Positions 28,668 to 38,426 of a stretch of DNA of 64,000 nucleotides are shown here, in pieces. The notes under the pieces were generated by a model, which was not told where the DNA came from, searched no databases, and was given only the letters and a program-made list of their open reading frames with translations. The stretch lies in IMG/VR virus record IMGVR_UViG_3300045988_121005; one strand, written 5' to 3'. Source of the stretch: a virus. The first letter of the stretch is position 1. Every line of letters starts with the position of its first letter. A program made the position numbers and the translations under genes.

Positions 28668-29983
28668 ATTATGAATCTTTTAGACATTTCCTCTGCAATA
28701 TCATACACGACCGTATGATCCTCTTCATTGTACGGCTTATTGATATTCAGCACTCCTTTTCTCACTTTGAACTTCTTATCTTTTCTAAGGTGATTCAACA
28801 TACCTTGTTGGAACACGCAGTCCGCCTTTTCAAGTGCTATACTGTCTTCTGTCCATTCTTTCAGCGTATATCCTTTGCTGCTCGTGCTTTTTGGAGAAAA
28901 GTTCATAATACGTGCATCAATCCCATACCATGCTTTAACCATTCTTCTTTCAGCTTCTAATTGAAATGCGTATGATTCCCATATTCCCCCTGATTTAAAG
29001 TCGAGAATAACCACTTCTTCCTTCTCCACTTCTCTTACCTCCTTCTTCGGATCACCTTTTTTAAACTGCCCTGTAGCCCTTTGATACACGGCTCCAAAAT
29101 AACCTTCTTCTTTGTACTTGAATGTCATTTTAACCATCGCATCTATCGGCGTAGCTACCAAATAGTCTTCTAATGACAATATTCTTTCAATCATCATCGG
29201 CTTAACCTTATACTCCGAACAAAACTTAGCAAACTTCATAACTCTGACAATCATATCGTCAAGATCATCTATGCTACCAAAGAATTTGTCAAGATTCTTT
29301 TTCGATATCTTCAGCTTGCCTTCTTGCACTGTCTTAACTATAAAACTTCGATTTAAGACCATATCTCTACCTGTTAGGTACAATCCGTATAAGTAGTGCA
29401 TGATCGTTCCCTTATCAGCTTCATACTGCGCCACCTCTTCCGGATTGCGACCAAGCATCTTCATCTCTTGCTTCCATTCCTGAAGTGCGGTCTTATCATC
29501 TACATACCCATCTTTGATTAAAGTTGTTACCGAAGCATATATCTTGGCCGTTCCATCATCCATCTTCCTTACATAAAAACGATTATCGTCTAATGTCAAT
29601 CTTACGAATTTGGGAGTCTCAATCTTCTTCAACTCATCGCAGATATAAAACGGCTCTAACGTTTCCTGATTTTCTGTAAACGGATTCGAATCTTCTTCTC
29701 CAGGGTTAGGAGCGGCTTCCTCCGCCAGAGCTTCCGGTTCCTCCTCCTTCTGGGCCTGCTCTGGCTCAGGCGCCGGCTCTTTAACTACTGGAACCTGTCC
29801 GCCTCTTTCTGCTATGTCTTTATTCTTTATCAAAGCCATAACTTCCTTTTTTAACTGCTCCGGTGTTTGATCAGGATCTGATACCGACATCACAACATCG
29901 TTCATTCTAAACAACGTATTTCCTTCTCCTTCTACCATAGGCGCAAACCCTAAATCTGTCAATATTTTTATTTTCTCTTTCAT
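28664..29983 (-). CDS. RecB-family PD-(D/E)XK nuclease (exonuclease-like) with an acidic N-terminal linker.
   Basis: ILDFKSG (motif III) and FQLEAERRMV (Q..Y-type motif). Pro/Glu-rich linker in the N-terminal region. Confidence 0.55.
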   Translation of the reverse strand: MKEKIKILTDLGFAPMVEGEGNTLFRMNDVVMSVSDPDQTPEQLKKEVMALIKNKDIAERGGQVPVVKEPAPEPEQAQKEEEPEALAEEAAPNPGEEDSNPFTENQETLEPFYICDELKKIETPKFVRLTLDDNRFYVRKMDDGTAKIYASVTTLIKDGYVDDKTALQEWKQEMKMLGRNPEEVAQYEADKGTIMHYLYGLYLTGRDMVLNRSFIVKTVQEGKLKISKKNLDKFFGSIDDLDDMIVRVMKFAKFCSEYKVKPMMIERILSLEDYLVATPIDAMVKMTFKYKEEGYFGAVYQRATGQFKKGDPKKEVREVEKEEVVILDFKSGGIWESYAFQLEAERRMVKAWYGIDARIMNFSPKSTSSKGYTLKEWTEDSIALEKADCVFQQGMLNHLRKDKKFKVRKGVLNINKPYNEEDHTVVYDIAEEMSKRFII

Positions 29984-30139
29984 GATCTTCCTCTAATCAA
30001 TTCTTCTTTAATACAATGTAACACTGTTTCCACTTCATCTTTATCTCTATCTTTCACTGCGATAGCTATATCCTTGCCATAATTCTCTCTTTGTATGTGA
30101 GCATAAAAGATAGTTTCATCGTCAGCTTATATTCTTATT

Positions 30140-30664
30140 TTATAAAGTTTTCTCATATCTGTCAATTATTTCAATAATTAATCTACCTCTTTCTTTGATC
30201 ATTCCCCTGCTTTCCATATCCAGCACCTTCTTTACCGCATATTTCCACACAAAAGGAAATTCTGTTTCAAGTTTATCAAATTCCATCCGGTCAAGATACA
30301 TGTCGAATACCGTATGCTCCGATTCATGTAGAAAAACTATATTATCTCTGCAAGTGGCAACCGACTTATATATCCTTTTTGGAAGTATGTGACATACGTT
30401 ACATACTGTAGGAAAATGAATAGCCCTACCGGTCATAGACATCCGAATACTATTCAGCTCTTCCAGCATAAGACGAAAAAACCCGGATAAATCCGGGCTC
30501 TCTAACTTTTTCTTCTTGCTGCTGTTTTTAATGGATGTAATTCTGTCTTTTTTTTTCGGAGTCAACTCTTTGCTCCTGCAAGCCTGGCATAAGCCATGAC
30601 TTCTTATCATCACTTTTCGTCCGCATCGTTCGCAGACGTATAGCTTCTTTTCCTTGCTTTCCAT
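30140..30664 (-). CDS. Zinc-finger protein, possibly NinG/Rap-like (tentative).
   Basis: CERCGRKV...CQACR and CNVCHILPKR motifs. Confidence 0.35.
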   Translation of the reverse strand: MESKEKKLYVCERCGRKVMIRSHGLCQACRSKELTPKKKDRITSIKNSSKKKKLESPDLSGFFRLMLEELNSIRMSMTGRAIHFPTVCNVCHILPKRIYKSVATCRDNIVFLHESEHTVFDMYLDRMEFDKLETEFPFVWKYAVKKVLDMESRGMIKERGRLIIEIIDRYEKTL

Positions 30665-30849
30665 TCGAATAATAATGATATTATTGAAAAGAACAATCCC
30701 GCTGAAGCCAGTAGATAAGGTACGTTCATTAACAATTTAGATACCTCCTCTGTCTTGATCACTATCAGAAGGAAAGCGCCTGCTGAAAGCAATGATATTA
30801 TCGCCACAACAAGCGCTATGTTGGAAACTACATCAGCCTTACTCTTCAC
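30610..30849 (-). CDS. Small membrane protein.
   Basis: Two TM-like segments. Confidence 0.35.
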   Translation of the reverse strand: MKSKADVVSNIALVVAIISLLSAGAFLLIVIKTEEVSKLLMNVPYLLASAGLFFSIISLLFEWKARKRSYTSANDADEK

Positions 30850-31309
30850 TCTTCTTCTCGCCTAATTTTTCAGCTCCCTTCTGAAGATCGTATTTGAATA
30901 CGTCAATGATCTTCGTTTCAGCAATAGCTTCGCAATTCCAGTCGCCCAACGTACCCTGCATGCCTTTAGTCAACACAGCTTCGGCATCCTTGGGATTGCC
31001 GGCCTGGACATACATATAGCATGGTGTTTTCTTTTCTTTACCTTTCTTTTCATCCAGTGTAATGTAATTCACCTTACACTTATACCAGTACTCAGCCTCT
31101 CCGTTGAAGAAGATTTCCGACACTTTAATAGGATTAATTTTTACAACCTCGAAAGAATTGTACAAATCCTTGAAGATCTCCAACGATCTTGATTCTGCCT
31201 CTGTGTAAGACAAGGCATCCACTAAATACTTTTCAGTTACCTTCTTTTTTTTGCCGTTCTCGATATTATCAATCTCGGCTTTTACCGTAATTTCAAACCA
31301 GCGATTCAT
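30839..31309 (-). CDS. Hypothetical protein (156 aa).
   Basis: ORF. Confidence 0.5.
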   Translation of the reverse strand: MNRWFEITVKAEIDNIENGKKKKVTEKYLVDALSYTEAESRSLEIFKDLYNSFEVVKINPIKVSEIFFNGEAEYWYKCKVNYITLDEKKGKEKKTPCYMYVQAGNPKDAEAVLTKGMQGTLGDWNCEAIAETKIIDVFKYDLQKGAEKLGEKKSEE

Positions 31310-31320
31310 TGTATTAATAT

Positions 31321-31626
31321 TTAACTAGTTGATTTCTTTCCTTTCTCTATACTGTTTTTAAATCTTTCAGAACACCACTGCAAAACATCCATCATCATCA
31401 TCTCATTATTAGATAAGATGCCTTTTATAATTAATGCCAATTGATGTTGTGACATTCTTAGGCTCATATCAAATCTTCTTTCCTCTTCATTTACTATCGT
31501 AGCTACGAAATACTTACACCCCTCTAAGTGCGTTAGGGCTTCAATCATAGCTTCTTTTATCTCTTTTTCTTCCATTCTGTTTTTTTTCGGACAAAGATAT
31601 GTCTTTTGTTGCTTAATAAGAAACAA
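31321..31626 (-). CDS. Hypothetical protein (101 aa).
   Basis: ORF. Confidence 0.45.
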   Translation of the reverse strand: MFLIKQQKTYLCPKKNRMEEKEIKEAMIEALTHLEGCKYFVATIVNEEERRFDMSLRMSQHQLALIIKGILSNNEMMMMDVLQWCSERFKNSIEKGKKSTS

Positions 31627-31642
31627 AATGATTTAATATAAA

Positions 31643-32311
31643 TTAATTTTCTTCCGGGTCAACATCGATAGACATATTGTATCTTTTCCTGATAAAGACT
31701 TCTGTTTCTTCATTAAACGGGTAGGCTTCTTTCAAGAAAGCCATAGCCCGCTCCGCATCTTTATCTGCTATCTCAATATATCTTTCGAAAGTCATGCAAA
31801 GGTCGATGTTGTACGCACGCTCCTGTTTTATCTTGTCCACGTATTTCAATACCCTGTCTTTGATTTCATTGGCTTTTTTCACAGTATCATTGAAAGAATT
31901 TATACTTTCCAATTCTGGATCTTTGTTTTCCTTGTTTACCTTATCAAACTCTTCCTTGCTATATCCCGCTTCTCCTGTAATGGCTGGGCAAACACTTCCA
32001 TTTATGATCCAAAACTGCTCATACGATCCTATCAGAAACTTTGATTCCATTTTAAATGCATTATATTTAATAAGCAAATTAGCCACCTCAGTTGCACCTT
32101 CTATGGTTCTAAAACCGATGCCGATATCTTTTAACATAAATACTGGAACTCCCGTTCTTGGATACACGACTTCTTTTTCGTTCTTTATATTCCAATTTTT
32201 AGCTTCAATTGGAATACCCTTACCAACAAGCTCTTTGTCTATATACAGACTTATCTCTTCGTCTGTCAATGCCACAATCTCATCTCTGCTTAAATCAAAA
32301 ACTGTTTTCAT
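31643..32311 (-). CDS. Hypothetical protein (222 aa).
   Basis: ORF. Confidence 0.55.
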   Translation of the reverse strand: MKTVFDLSRDEIVALTDEEISLYIDKELVGKGIPIEAKNWNIKNEKEVVYPRTGVPVFMLKDIGIGFRTIEGATEVANLLIKYNAFKMESKFLIGSYEQFWIINGSVCPAITGEAGYSKEEFDKVNKENKDPELESINSFNDTVKKANEIKDRVLKYVDKIKQERAYNIDLCMTFERYIEIADKDAERAMAFLKEAYPFNEETEVFIRKRYNMSIDVDPEEN

Positions 32312-32511
32312 TTTTTTTTATTCATTAGATTAAACAACTTACTTCTTTGTTCAGGCTCCGTATATTCCACCCATATATCGGCTGCCACATTCCTCAGAAA
32401 TTCCATAAAGTCTTGATGATCCCTGTATTCAGTAGAATCAACTTTCCTTACAAAATTTATAATTTCTTTTAGTATTTTATTGTTTTCTTCAAGAAGCTCT
32501 CTATCGGTCAT
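32308..32511 (-). CDS. Hypothetical small protein.
   Basis: ORF; 4-nt overlap. Confidence 0.4.
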   Translation of the reverse strand: MTDRELLEENNKILKEIINFVRKVDSTEYRDHQDFMEFLRNVAADIWVEYTEPEQRSKLFNLMNKKK

Positions 32512-32532
32512 GATCTCGTGAAAATATATTAT

Positions 32533-32880
32533 TCAACATGTAATAGGCAGTAAATTTTCGATGTATGCCCATCTTACGATATGGAAAATTCTAACAGCTA
32601 TTTTCCAATTAGAGTTATTTGGCCCACAGACAATAGGAGTTCCATCTTGTTTAATAGCAATCAACATTCCACTGTGTTGTGGTGTTTCGCTTGCATCATA
32701 CCACGCGCTGTTGATGCTCCATTCTGCACCCGCCATGAAGTCTTCACGGCAATTATCCTTGCGTAGAACATAATCGTCTGCATCCACTTCTTTAAGACCT
32801 ATGGAATAATCTTTTGCTGCTTTTTCAATATCTTCTCTTTTCATAATTTTATACTTTAATCTAACCTCCAATAAAATCAT
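32533..32880 (-). CDS. Hypothetical protein, paralogue A (AGAEW family).
   Basis: Shares AGAEW.INS.W.DA and RWAYIE.LLP blocks with ORF 33112..33363. Confidence 0.5.
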   Translation of the reverse strand: MILLEVRLKYKIMKREDIEKAAKDYSIGLKEVDADDYVLRKDNCREDFMAGAEWSINSAWYDASETPQHSGMLIAIKQDGTPIVCGPNNSNWKIAVRIFHIVRWAYIENLLPITC

Positions 32881-33196
32881 CGGGAGTTATATATCCTACT
32901 GATTCCATACGGTCTATAATCTCATTCGCATTCATTTCTGAACCGTTCCATTCAAGTATGATTTCATTTCCTGAAGCCATGCTCAAATTAGGCTCATTAT
33001 CTCTAAATCCTGAGAAAGCAAGATGTTCCCAAATGGATTGCAGTGCAAGGTCCGCTTCGTTTTGTTTGTTTTCTGCTTTCTTTATGGCATTTCTTAATTT
33101 TTTATTCATTATCACCCCCTTTCTTCTTCGCATGGGAGCAAGTCCTCGATGTATGCCCAGCGCATATAATGATCCTTTTCTGAAAGTTCTTCCCAT
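32861..33196 (-). CDS. Hypothetical protein (111 aa).
   Basis: ORF; overlaps a neighbour, so its start is uncertain. Confidence 0.4.
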   Translation of the reverse strand: MGRTFRKGSLYALGIHRGLAPMRRRKGVIMNKKLRNAIKKAENKQNEADLALQSIWEHLAFSGFRDNEPNLSMASGNEIILEWNGSEMNANEIIDRMESVGYITPDDFIGG

Positions 33197-33363
33197 GGCT
33201 TGCTCTTGGTTAAATAGACCAAATCATAAGCACCGTCAATATCCTCCACAATGAGCAGCTTCCCTTTGTCTGGCTTTTCTCTTGCATCGTGCCACACGCT
33301 GTTAATGCGCCATTCTGCACCAGCTTTAAAAAGAGGAACAGCATATTCTATATCTTGTTTCAT
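33112..33363 (-). CDS. Hypothetical protein, paralogue B (AGAEW family).
   Basis: Motif blocks shared with ORF 32533..32880. Confidence 0.5.
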   Translation of the reverse strand: MKQDIEYAVPLFKAGAEWRINSVWHDAREKPDKGKLLIVEDIDGAYDLVYLTKSKPWEELSEKDHYMRWAYIEDLLPCEEERG

Positions 33364-33407
33364 GTCTTATTATTGTTTAATTAATTTAAATATTTTTAGT
33401 TTTGAAA

Positions 33408-33653
33408 TTATTTAATATGCTTATCGGCTGGATTGATTATCAATCCATCGTCACATGAAGGGAATGATATGTTAGATTCTCCATTATCAAGATTAGTCAG
33501 TTTAACCGTTCCAGCATATTCATCATCCACAAAAAACAATTGACCCGAAAAAACCACAAACCTGCATTGATATGCATTCATCATTGCTCCAAGTTGTCTA
33601 ATCTTAGTTTTAATCTCTAAAAGTTGAGCGTTGTTGATTATATTCTTATTCAT
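33408..33653 (-). CDS. Hypothetical protein (81 aa).
   Basis: ORF. Confidence 0.4.
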   Translation of the reverse strand: MNKNIINNAQLLEIKTKIRQLGAMMNAYQCRFVVFSGQLFFVDDEYAGTVKLTNLDNGESNISFPSCDDGLIINPADKHIK

Positions 33654-33806
33654 ATTTTATTAAAGTTTATCTATTATTTTGTTACCCATTTCCTGCCATT
33701 CATCACTCACGCTTATAACCAATCCTATGACAGTGAATGATAATAACAACGTAAAAATAAGCCATAACAGAAAGCAGATAAAAACACATACATACCTCAT
33801 GATTTT

Positions 33807-34553
33807 TTAGTTGTTAGATAAAAGCAAAATCGGTTCATTTGACTCCGCAATTGCTTTTATTTGTTCTGGATTGATAAAACTCTTGACTTGTTCACTTATC
33901 TCACAAATAGATTTGATCATATCAACGAATAATTTTGAGGTGCATTCGTTGCATTCCACTTCCATTACCGGCTTATATCGATTGTATGATATGCATGTTA
34001 CATAATTCAGCCAGTGCGCATAAGTTCCTTTTTCTGTATTTAACCTGCCGTATTCTACTTTTGTCTCTCCATTACCATATTCAATTACTCTTTTTAGAAA
34101 TGGTTTTGCATAAACACTAAAACCGAAAGGTTGGGTGTTTAAGGCATCTAAACGGGAAGTTCCATCCCTCCATTTTCCATTCTCATCATTTCCTGTCCAT
34201 TCCTTAGAGGGGTTAGGGACAATATTTCCGTTTTTGTCATAGGAAAACATGCAATTCGTTTCCAGTTGATACTTAATAACAGGCACTTCTTCTACTATTT
34301 TATAACTTAAACATCTCTTCAGAACTTCCCTGATTTGACTTTCCAAATCAGAAAGTGCTATACTATTGAAATATCCTTCGTTGCCTAATCTGTTTGTAGG
34401 TAATTTGATCCCATAAGAATGAATCTTATCCACATCTTCTTTTGACAAGGTAGTGGTAAACACTCCTTCTTTGGTGACATTCACTTTAACAGTTACGGAC
34501 AAACTGTTATTAGCGTTCTTTTCCGTTATATTTAGTGTTGTTAATGCTGCCAT
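33807..34553 (-). CDS. Hypothetical protein (248 aa).
   Basis: ORF. Confidence 0.55.
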   Translation of the reverse strand: MAALTTLNITEKNANNSLSVTVKVNVTKEGVFTTTLSKEDVDKIHSYGIKLPTNRLGNEGYFNSIALSDLESQIREVLKRCLSYKIVEEVPVIKYQLETNCMFSYDKNGNIVPNPSKEWTGNDENGKWRDGTSRLDALNTQPFGFSVYAKPFLKRVIEYGNGETKVEYGRLNTEKGTYAHWLNYVTCISYNRYKPVMEVECNECTSKLFVDMIKSICEISEQVKSFINPEQIKAIAESNEPILLLSNN

Positions 34554-34571
34554 AATCAGATCTTTTTAAAA

Positions 34572-34823
34572 TCAATTCGAATAAATATAATACATTCCTG
34601 CTTCATATACCCTATGTACATCAGGGTCATTCTTGTCTTCCGGTTCCAATTCACTCTCTTCAAGAGTATAATCCCATTCAGAGTTGTAGTACATATTCTC
34701 ATTTGTTTTCTCCAAGGAGCAATCTTTCATCAAATTCAGATATTCTCCCCAAACTGCAACTTCCTGCTGTTGCTCTTCTTCTGTCATAAGAGATATTTTG
34801 TCTTTCAATTCTTTCCAGGTCAT
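34572..34823 (-). CDS. Hypothetical acidic protein.
   Basis: ORF. Confidence 0.4.
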   Translation of the reverse strand: MTWKELKDKISLMTEEEQQQEVAVWGEYLNLMKDCSLEKTNENMYYNSEWDYTLEESELEPEDKNDPDVHRVYEAGMYYIYSN

Positions 34824-34852
34824 AGCTTGATTTATAAAAGGTGATTACTAAT

Positions 34853-35236
34853 TTATTCCACATCAAAAAGTTGATCCAATATCAATAATTCTGCATTCAT
34901 ATCTTCATCTTTTTGGAAACGAACTTTTATGTTCCCGAACTTAGATGTCTTAAACAAGATGTAGGGGTTCATATCCTCGGCAGTTACCGGCTTATATTCC
35001 TTAACCTCCGACATCTTGAGATACCAGTCACCTATTTTCACAAATCCGGAGAAGACAGAACATAGATGCGCTTTCACGGACAGTATTTCCCTTTTATCTT
35101 TAAATGGTATAATTTCCTCCTTCCCTCTTATCCTGATTGATAGGAAAGGACGAATGTTATCTGTTTCATTTTGAAACTTAAAGCCTGTTATAGCTTGCTT
35201 GGGAATCCTTCTCCCCATTAATATAAAATAGCTCAT
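34853..35236 (-). CDS. Hypothetical protein (127 aa).
   Basis: ORF. Confidence 0.5.
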   Translation of the reverse strand: MSYFILMGRRIPKQAITGFKFQNETDNIRPFLSIRIRGKEEIIPFKDKREILSVKAHLCSVFSGFVKIGDWYLKMSEVKEYKPVTAEDMNPYILFKTSKFGNIKVRFQKDEDMNAELLILDQLFDVE

Positions 35237-35238
35237 TG

Positions 35239-35547
35239 TTATAAGTGATTTTGTTTTATATCAGGTAAGTAATTTGTAATAACATCAAGTGATATCCATA
35301 ACTCTGGCTCTATGCTGTTTTTTATTCTATCACTGAAAAGAGAATTATCATCACAATCACAATGAGAGATTGTGATATAACAATCTTGATAATCCCACCA
35401 ATAAGCCGATTTAAAATCGTCTCCTCCATTCCAAAACCCTATTCTTATACCTCTTGGGTTGAAATCTTCATCTATCCAACTTGGGTGATAAGCCAACACT
35501 TCTTCTCCCTCTGAAGGTTTTTCCTCTTTGAATTTCTTCCAGTTCAT
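35239..35547 (-). CDS. Hypothetical protein (102 aa).
   Basis: ORF. Confidence 0.5.
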   Translation of the reverse strand: MNWKKFKEEKPSEGEEVLAYHPSWIDEDFNPRGIRIGFWNGGDDFKSAYWWDYQDCYITISHCDCDDNSLFSDRIKNSIEPELWISLDVITNYLPDIKQNHL

Positions 35548-35647
35548 CTCACCTTTAATTAATTAGACACAAATATACAAGTTTTACTAAGATGCCCTTC
35601 TGTCATCTCTTTGACATACTCCCACACCTAAAGTTCGCGGTAGTATG

Positions 35648-36001
35648 TCAATCTATTGATTTCTTCCCAATCTTTTTAATCTTTGTTGGTCTTGACAATC
35701 GATAATCCTTTTCTATCGGCCTATCGAATACGTCATTCCTATATCCTTTATATCCTTTCTCGTAAATACTAACCCTTGCACAAAACTCAACCACATCGCC
35801 TGGTAATAAATCGGCGCTTTCGAATCCTTTTGTCAAATCAAACCACAAATGATCTGTTACTATTTTGCCATCGAGTAACACGTCTTGTAAAAGTATTGTC
35901 TTTACAGGTCCTTTATACCCATCCCTGAATCCAAAACGAATGAATGTCGCTGTAAATACGTGCCGATCTCTTGATCCTATTATTTTCAGTTCTTTTCTCA
36001 T
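35648..36001 (-). CDS. Hypothetical protein (117 aa).
   Basis: ORF. Confidence 0.5.
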   Translation of the reverse strand: MRKELKIIGSRDRHVFTATFIRFGFRDGYKGPVKTILLQDVLLDGKIVTDHLWFDLTKGFESADLLPGDVVEFCARVSIYEKGYKGYRNDVFDRPIEKDYRLSRPTKIKKIGKKSID

Positions 36002-36007
36002 TCTCTT

Positions 36008-36820
36008 TCATTTATTTGTTTCACTTATGAAATTGACAACATCCTTTAGATATCCTTCTGTCATCTCTATGAAATTCACACAATCTAATTTGCTTAACTT
36101 GTAAATCAATGCCGGATTGTGTACTATGGCTATAATTTGCGTTTGTAGTTTATGGAATGACAATACATTATAAATTTGCATTATATTGTCAATGTCAAGA
36201 TTCCTGTCTGGCTCATCCATGAGAACCGTGTATTCAAAACTGCTTTCTGCTAATGTTATGCGGTTTCTTTTATAATACTTCAACAGACTATCAATCCTTT
36301 TAATCCAAAACGCATTTGATTTTTTCTTGTATTCTACAAGATCTTGTATTGGAAACGTATAATCCTTTTGACCGAACATTAAATTGAAAAGTGATTCCAA
36401 TGATAACACCACTTTCTCTCCATAAGATCTTCGAATATTATTCACATACAAATCTAAGTTGCTGATGTTTTTCAATACGCTATCTCGATTTATCTCCGCC
36501 GATGGCAATAAACGGAATACTTTCCCTGCATAATCGGATGATATGTCAATCCCATCAAGAACCTTGTCATCATCATCATCATCAAATATAGGTGGAAAAT
36601 CCAGTGCCTCGATCGGTATTTCAGAGCACATGGATTTCTCACATAACGCATACATTGATATGATGTTAAGCAAGGTTGATTTTCCACTACCGTTTTTACC
36701 TACAATCACATTCACTCCTGGCTTGAAAATAAATTCTCTGCCATTTTCAAACGCTTCTATGTCAGAAACATATTCAAATGGAGTTTTCGTATTGTCTTTT
36801 ATTTTTACTGATGTTATCAT
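36008..36820 (-). CDS. ABC-type (AAA_21-like) ATPase.
   Basis: Walker A GKNGSGKST, Walker B VLMDEPDRNLD and a D-loop. Confidence 0.7.
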   Translation of the reverse strand: MITSVKIKDNTKTPFEYVSDIEAFENGREFIFKPGVNVIVGKNGSGKSTLLNIISMYALCEKSMCSEIPIEALDFPPIFDDDDDDKVLDGIDISSDYAGKVFRLLPSAEINRDSVLKNISNLDLYVNNIRRSYGEKVVLSLESLFNLMFGQKDYTFPIQDLVEYKKKSNAFWIKRIDSLLKYYKRNRITLAESSFEYTVLMDEPDRNLDIDNIMQIYNVLSFHKLQTQIIAIVHNPALIYKLSKLDCVNFIEMTEGYLKDVVNFISETNK

Positions 36821-36831
36821 TGTAATCCTTT

Positions 36832-37137
36832 TTAAAAATCAATTACCGTCCGAACCATGTCTCCGATGTGCTTGTTGCCAGTGCCCGTGAGGCCACTGGA
36901 GAAGACCACGTACCACGCGACGGCCTGGCTGCTCTCAGTACTGGACCAATACCACGTCGAGGAGAGGGGAGATGCCGAAACATAAGTGAATGCTTTGTTT
37001 AGTTCGTCCATATTATGGGCCATTAAATTTAATTGACCAAGAGATGGTATATACTCGCCATCTTCCAGCAGATTTCTCAATTTTGGATTTCTGGCTACAA
37101 GGCGTTCCGTATTGCGGCGTCCGTCACTATCAGCCAT
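36832..37137 (-). CDS. DUF1566 (Lcl C-terminal-like) domain protein.
   Basis: YWSSTE...AWYVVFSSG...VRTV motif. Confidence 0.5.
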   Translation of the reverse strand: MADSDGRRNTERLVARNPKLRNLLEDGEYIPSLGQLNLMAHNMDELNKAFTYVSASPLSSTWYWSSTESSQAVAWYVVFSSGLTGTGNKHIGDMVRTVIDF

Positions 37138-37143
37138 TACAAC

Positions 37144-37953
37144 CTATTCTTCTAAGCCATTCTCTATCATGACTTCCTTTATCAATTCATCTGTCTCCTC
37201 GTAACATCCCCAGCAAGAATCAACCTCTTCCCATTCTTCGCAATCTTCATCCTCTCTTGATTCGTCTTTGTATTTCTTGGTAAATGCTACCTTCTTTTCA
37301 AGAACGTACCCTTTTACATCTCCCCACATCCACATACCTATGGACTTTACTTCATTATCTATAATTTTGGCACAATCTTCCTTCCAGTCTCCTTCTTTGT
37401 TGCAGACTTCATTATCATATTTTTCTTTTGTAACGTATGCTATCCCTTTTATATAATCACCTTGATTATAACCCCTTGTTGACCACTCTATAGCTACCAC
37501 ATCTTTTCCATATTTGGATATGATATCTAACAAATCTTCGTCATCCAGATCCTCTATTAATTCTCCTCTGTAATCAAAGTCCTTCAAATCACCTGGTAAA
37601 AACTCTTGACCTATATATGGACTTGTCTTATGCTTCAACTCCCATACATTGCCACCTCTGTTGTATGTGAATGAGATCCCATTCGCTTCCCCTTTCTTTA
37701 AATATTTTACAATGTCTTTCTGTTCTATATGCTTCATTACAATAGCATCAATAACATCTCTAAGATCATGCTTGTTATCGTAGAAGAAAGTTTTCCAATT
37801 GCATTCATCATGCAATCGATGCGTATCAGAGTATTCAAAAAAGAATGACCCAAACAAACCCCAATTAGTTATAGGGCATTCTGAATCACGGCAATAATAC
37901 ACTTTAATGCGATAATCACCTACTTCTTTTGTTGTAATAAGATCGTCTTCCAT
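37144..37953 (-). CDS. Hypothetical protein (269 aa).
   Basis: ORF. Confidence 0.55.
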   Translation of the reverse strand: MEDDLITTKEVGDYRIKVYYCRDSECPITNWGLFGSFFFEYSDTHRLHDECNWKTFFYDNKHDLRDVIDAIVMKHIEQKDIVKYLKKGEANGISFTYNRGGNVWELKHKTSPYIGQEFLPGDLKDFDYRGELIEDLDDEDLLDIISKYGKDVVAIEWSTRGYNQGDYIKGIAYVTKEKYDNEVCNKEGDWKEDCAKIIDNEVKSIGMWMWGDVKGYVLEKKVAFTKKYKDESREDEDCEEWEEVDSCWGCYEETDELIKEVMIENGLEE

Positions 37954-37964
37954 GTCTTTAGATT

Positions 37965-38423
37965 TTAAATAGTTCTTAATTTTTCTTCGATAAATGCATC
38001 TATTTCATCATAGTATGATCCATCAAAATCACAATTCCCATATTCCTTTGTAAACTCTTTAGCCCACTCTTGAATGATGTTAAATGCCTCTTCCCTTCTA
38101 CATTCTTTTAATCCCATTAGATCATCCACGGCTGTCACTGACATCTCTTGCAGATTTCGTAAATAATTCAAATCTATGCTATACGGTAGCTTACCTACTT
38201 CTATACATACATAATGACCCTGTTTAAAGGCATCCTGTAAATCTTCCAAACTTTCTATCAATGACTCGGACTCGTCATCTACTCTCACCTTGTATAACTC
38301 AAAATCTTCATTTTCTGCCGACACCCATATCTTGTAGGCTTTTTCGTTGGACAATCTTTTCCAAACAAATCCGTCACTGAATACAATTAGGCTGCCTGTT
38401 ACTATCGTATTTTTCATAATCAC
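37965..38423 (-). CDS. Hypothetical protein (152 aa).
   Basis: ORF. Confidence 0.5.
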   Translation of the reverse strand: MIMKNTIVTGSLIVFSDGFVWKRLSNEKAYKIWVSAENEDFELYKVRVDDESESLIESLEDLQDAFKQGHYVCIEVGKLPYSIDLNYLRNLQEMSVTAVDDLMGLKECRREEAFNIIQEWAKEFTKEYGNCDFDGSYYDEIDAFIEEKLRTI

Positions 38424-38426
38424 TTT

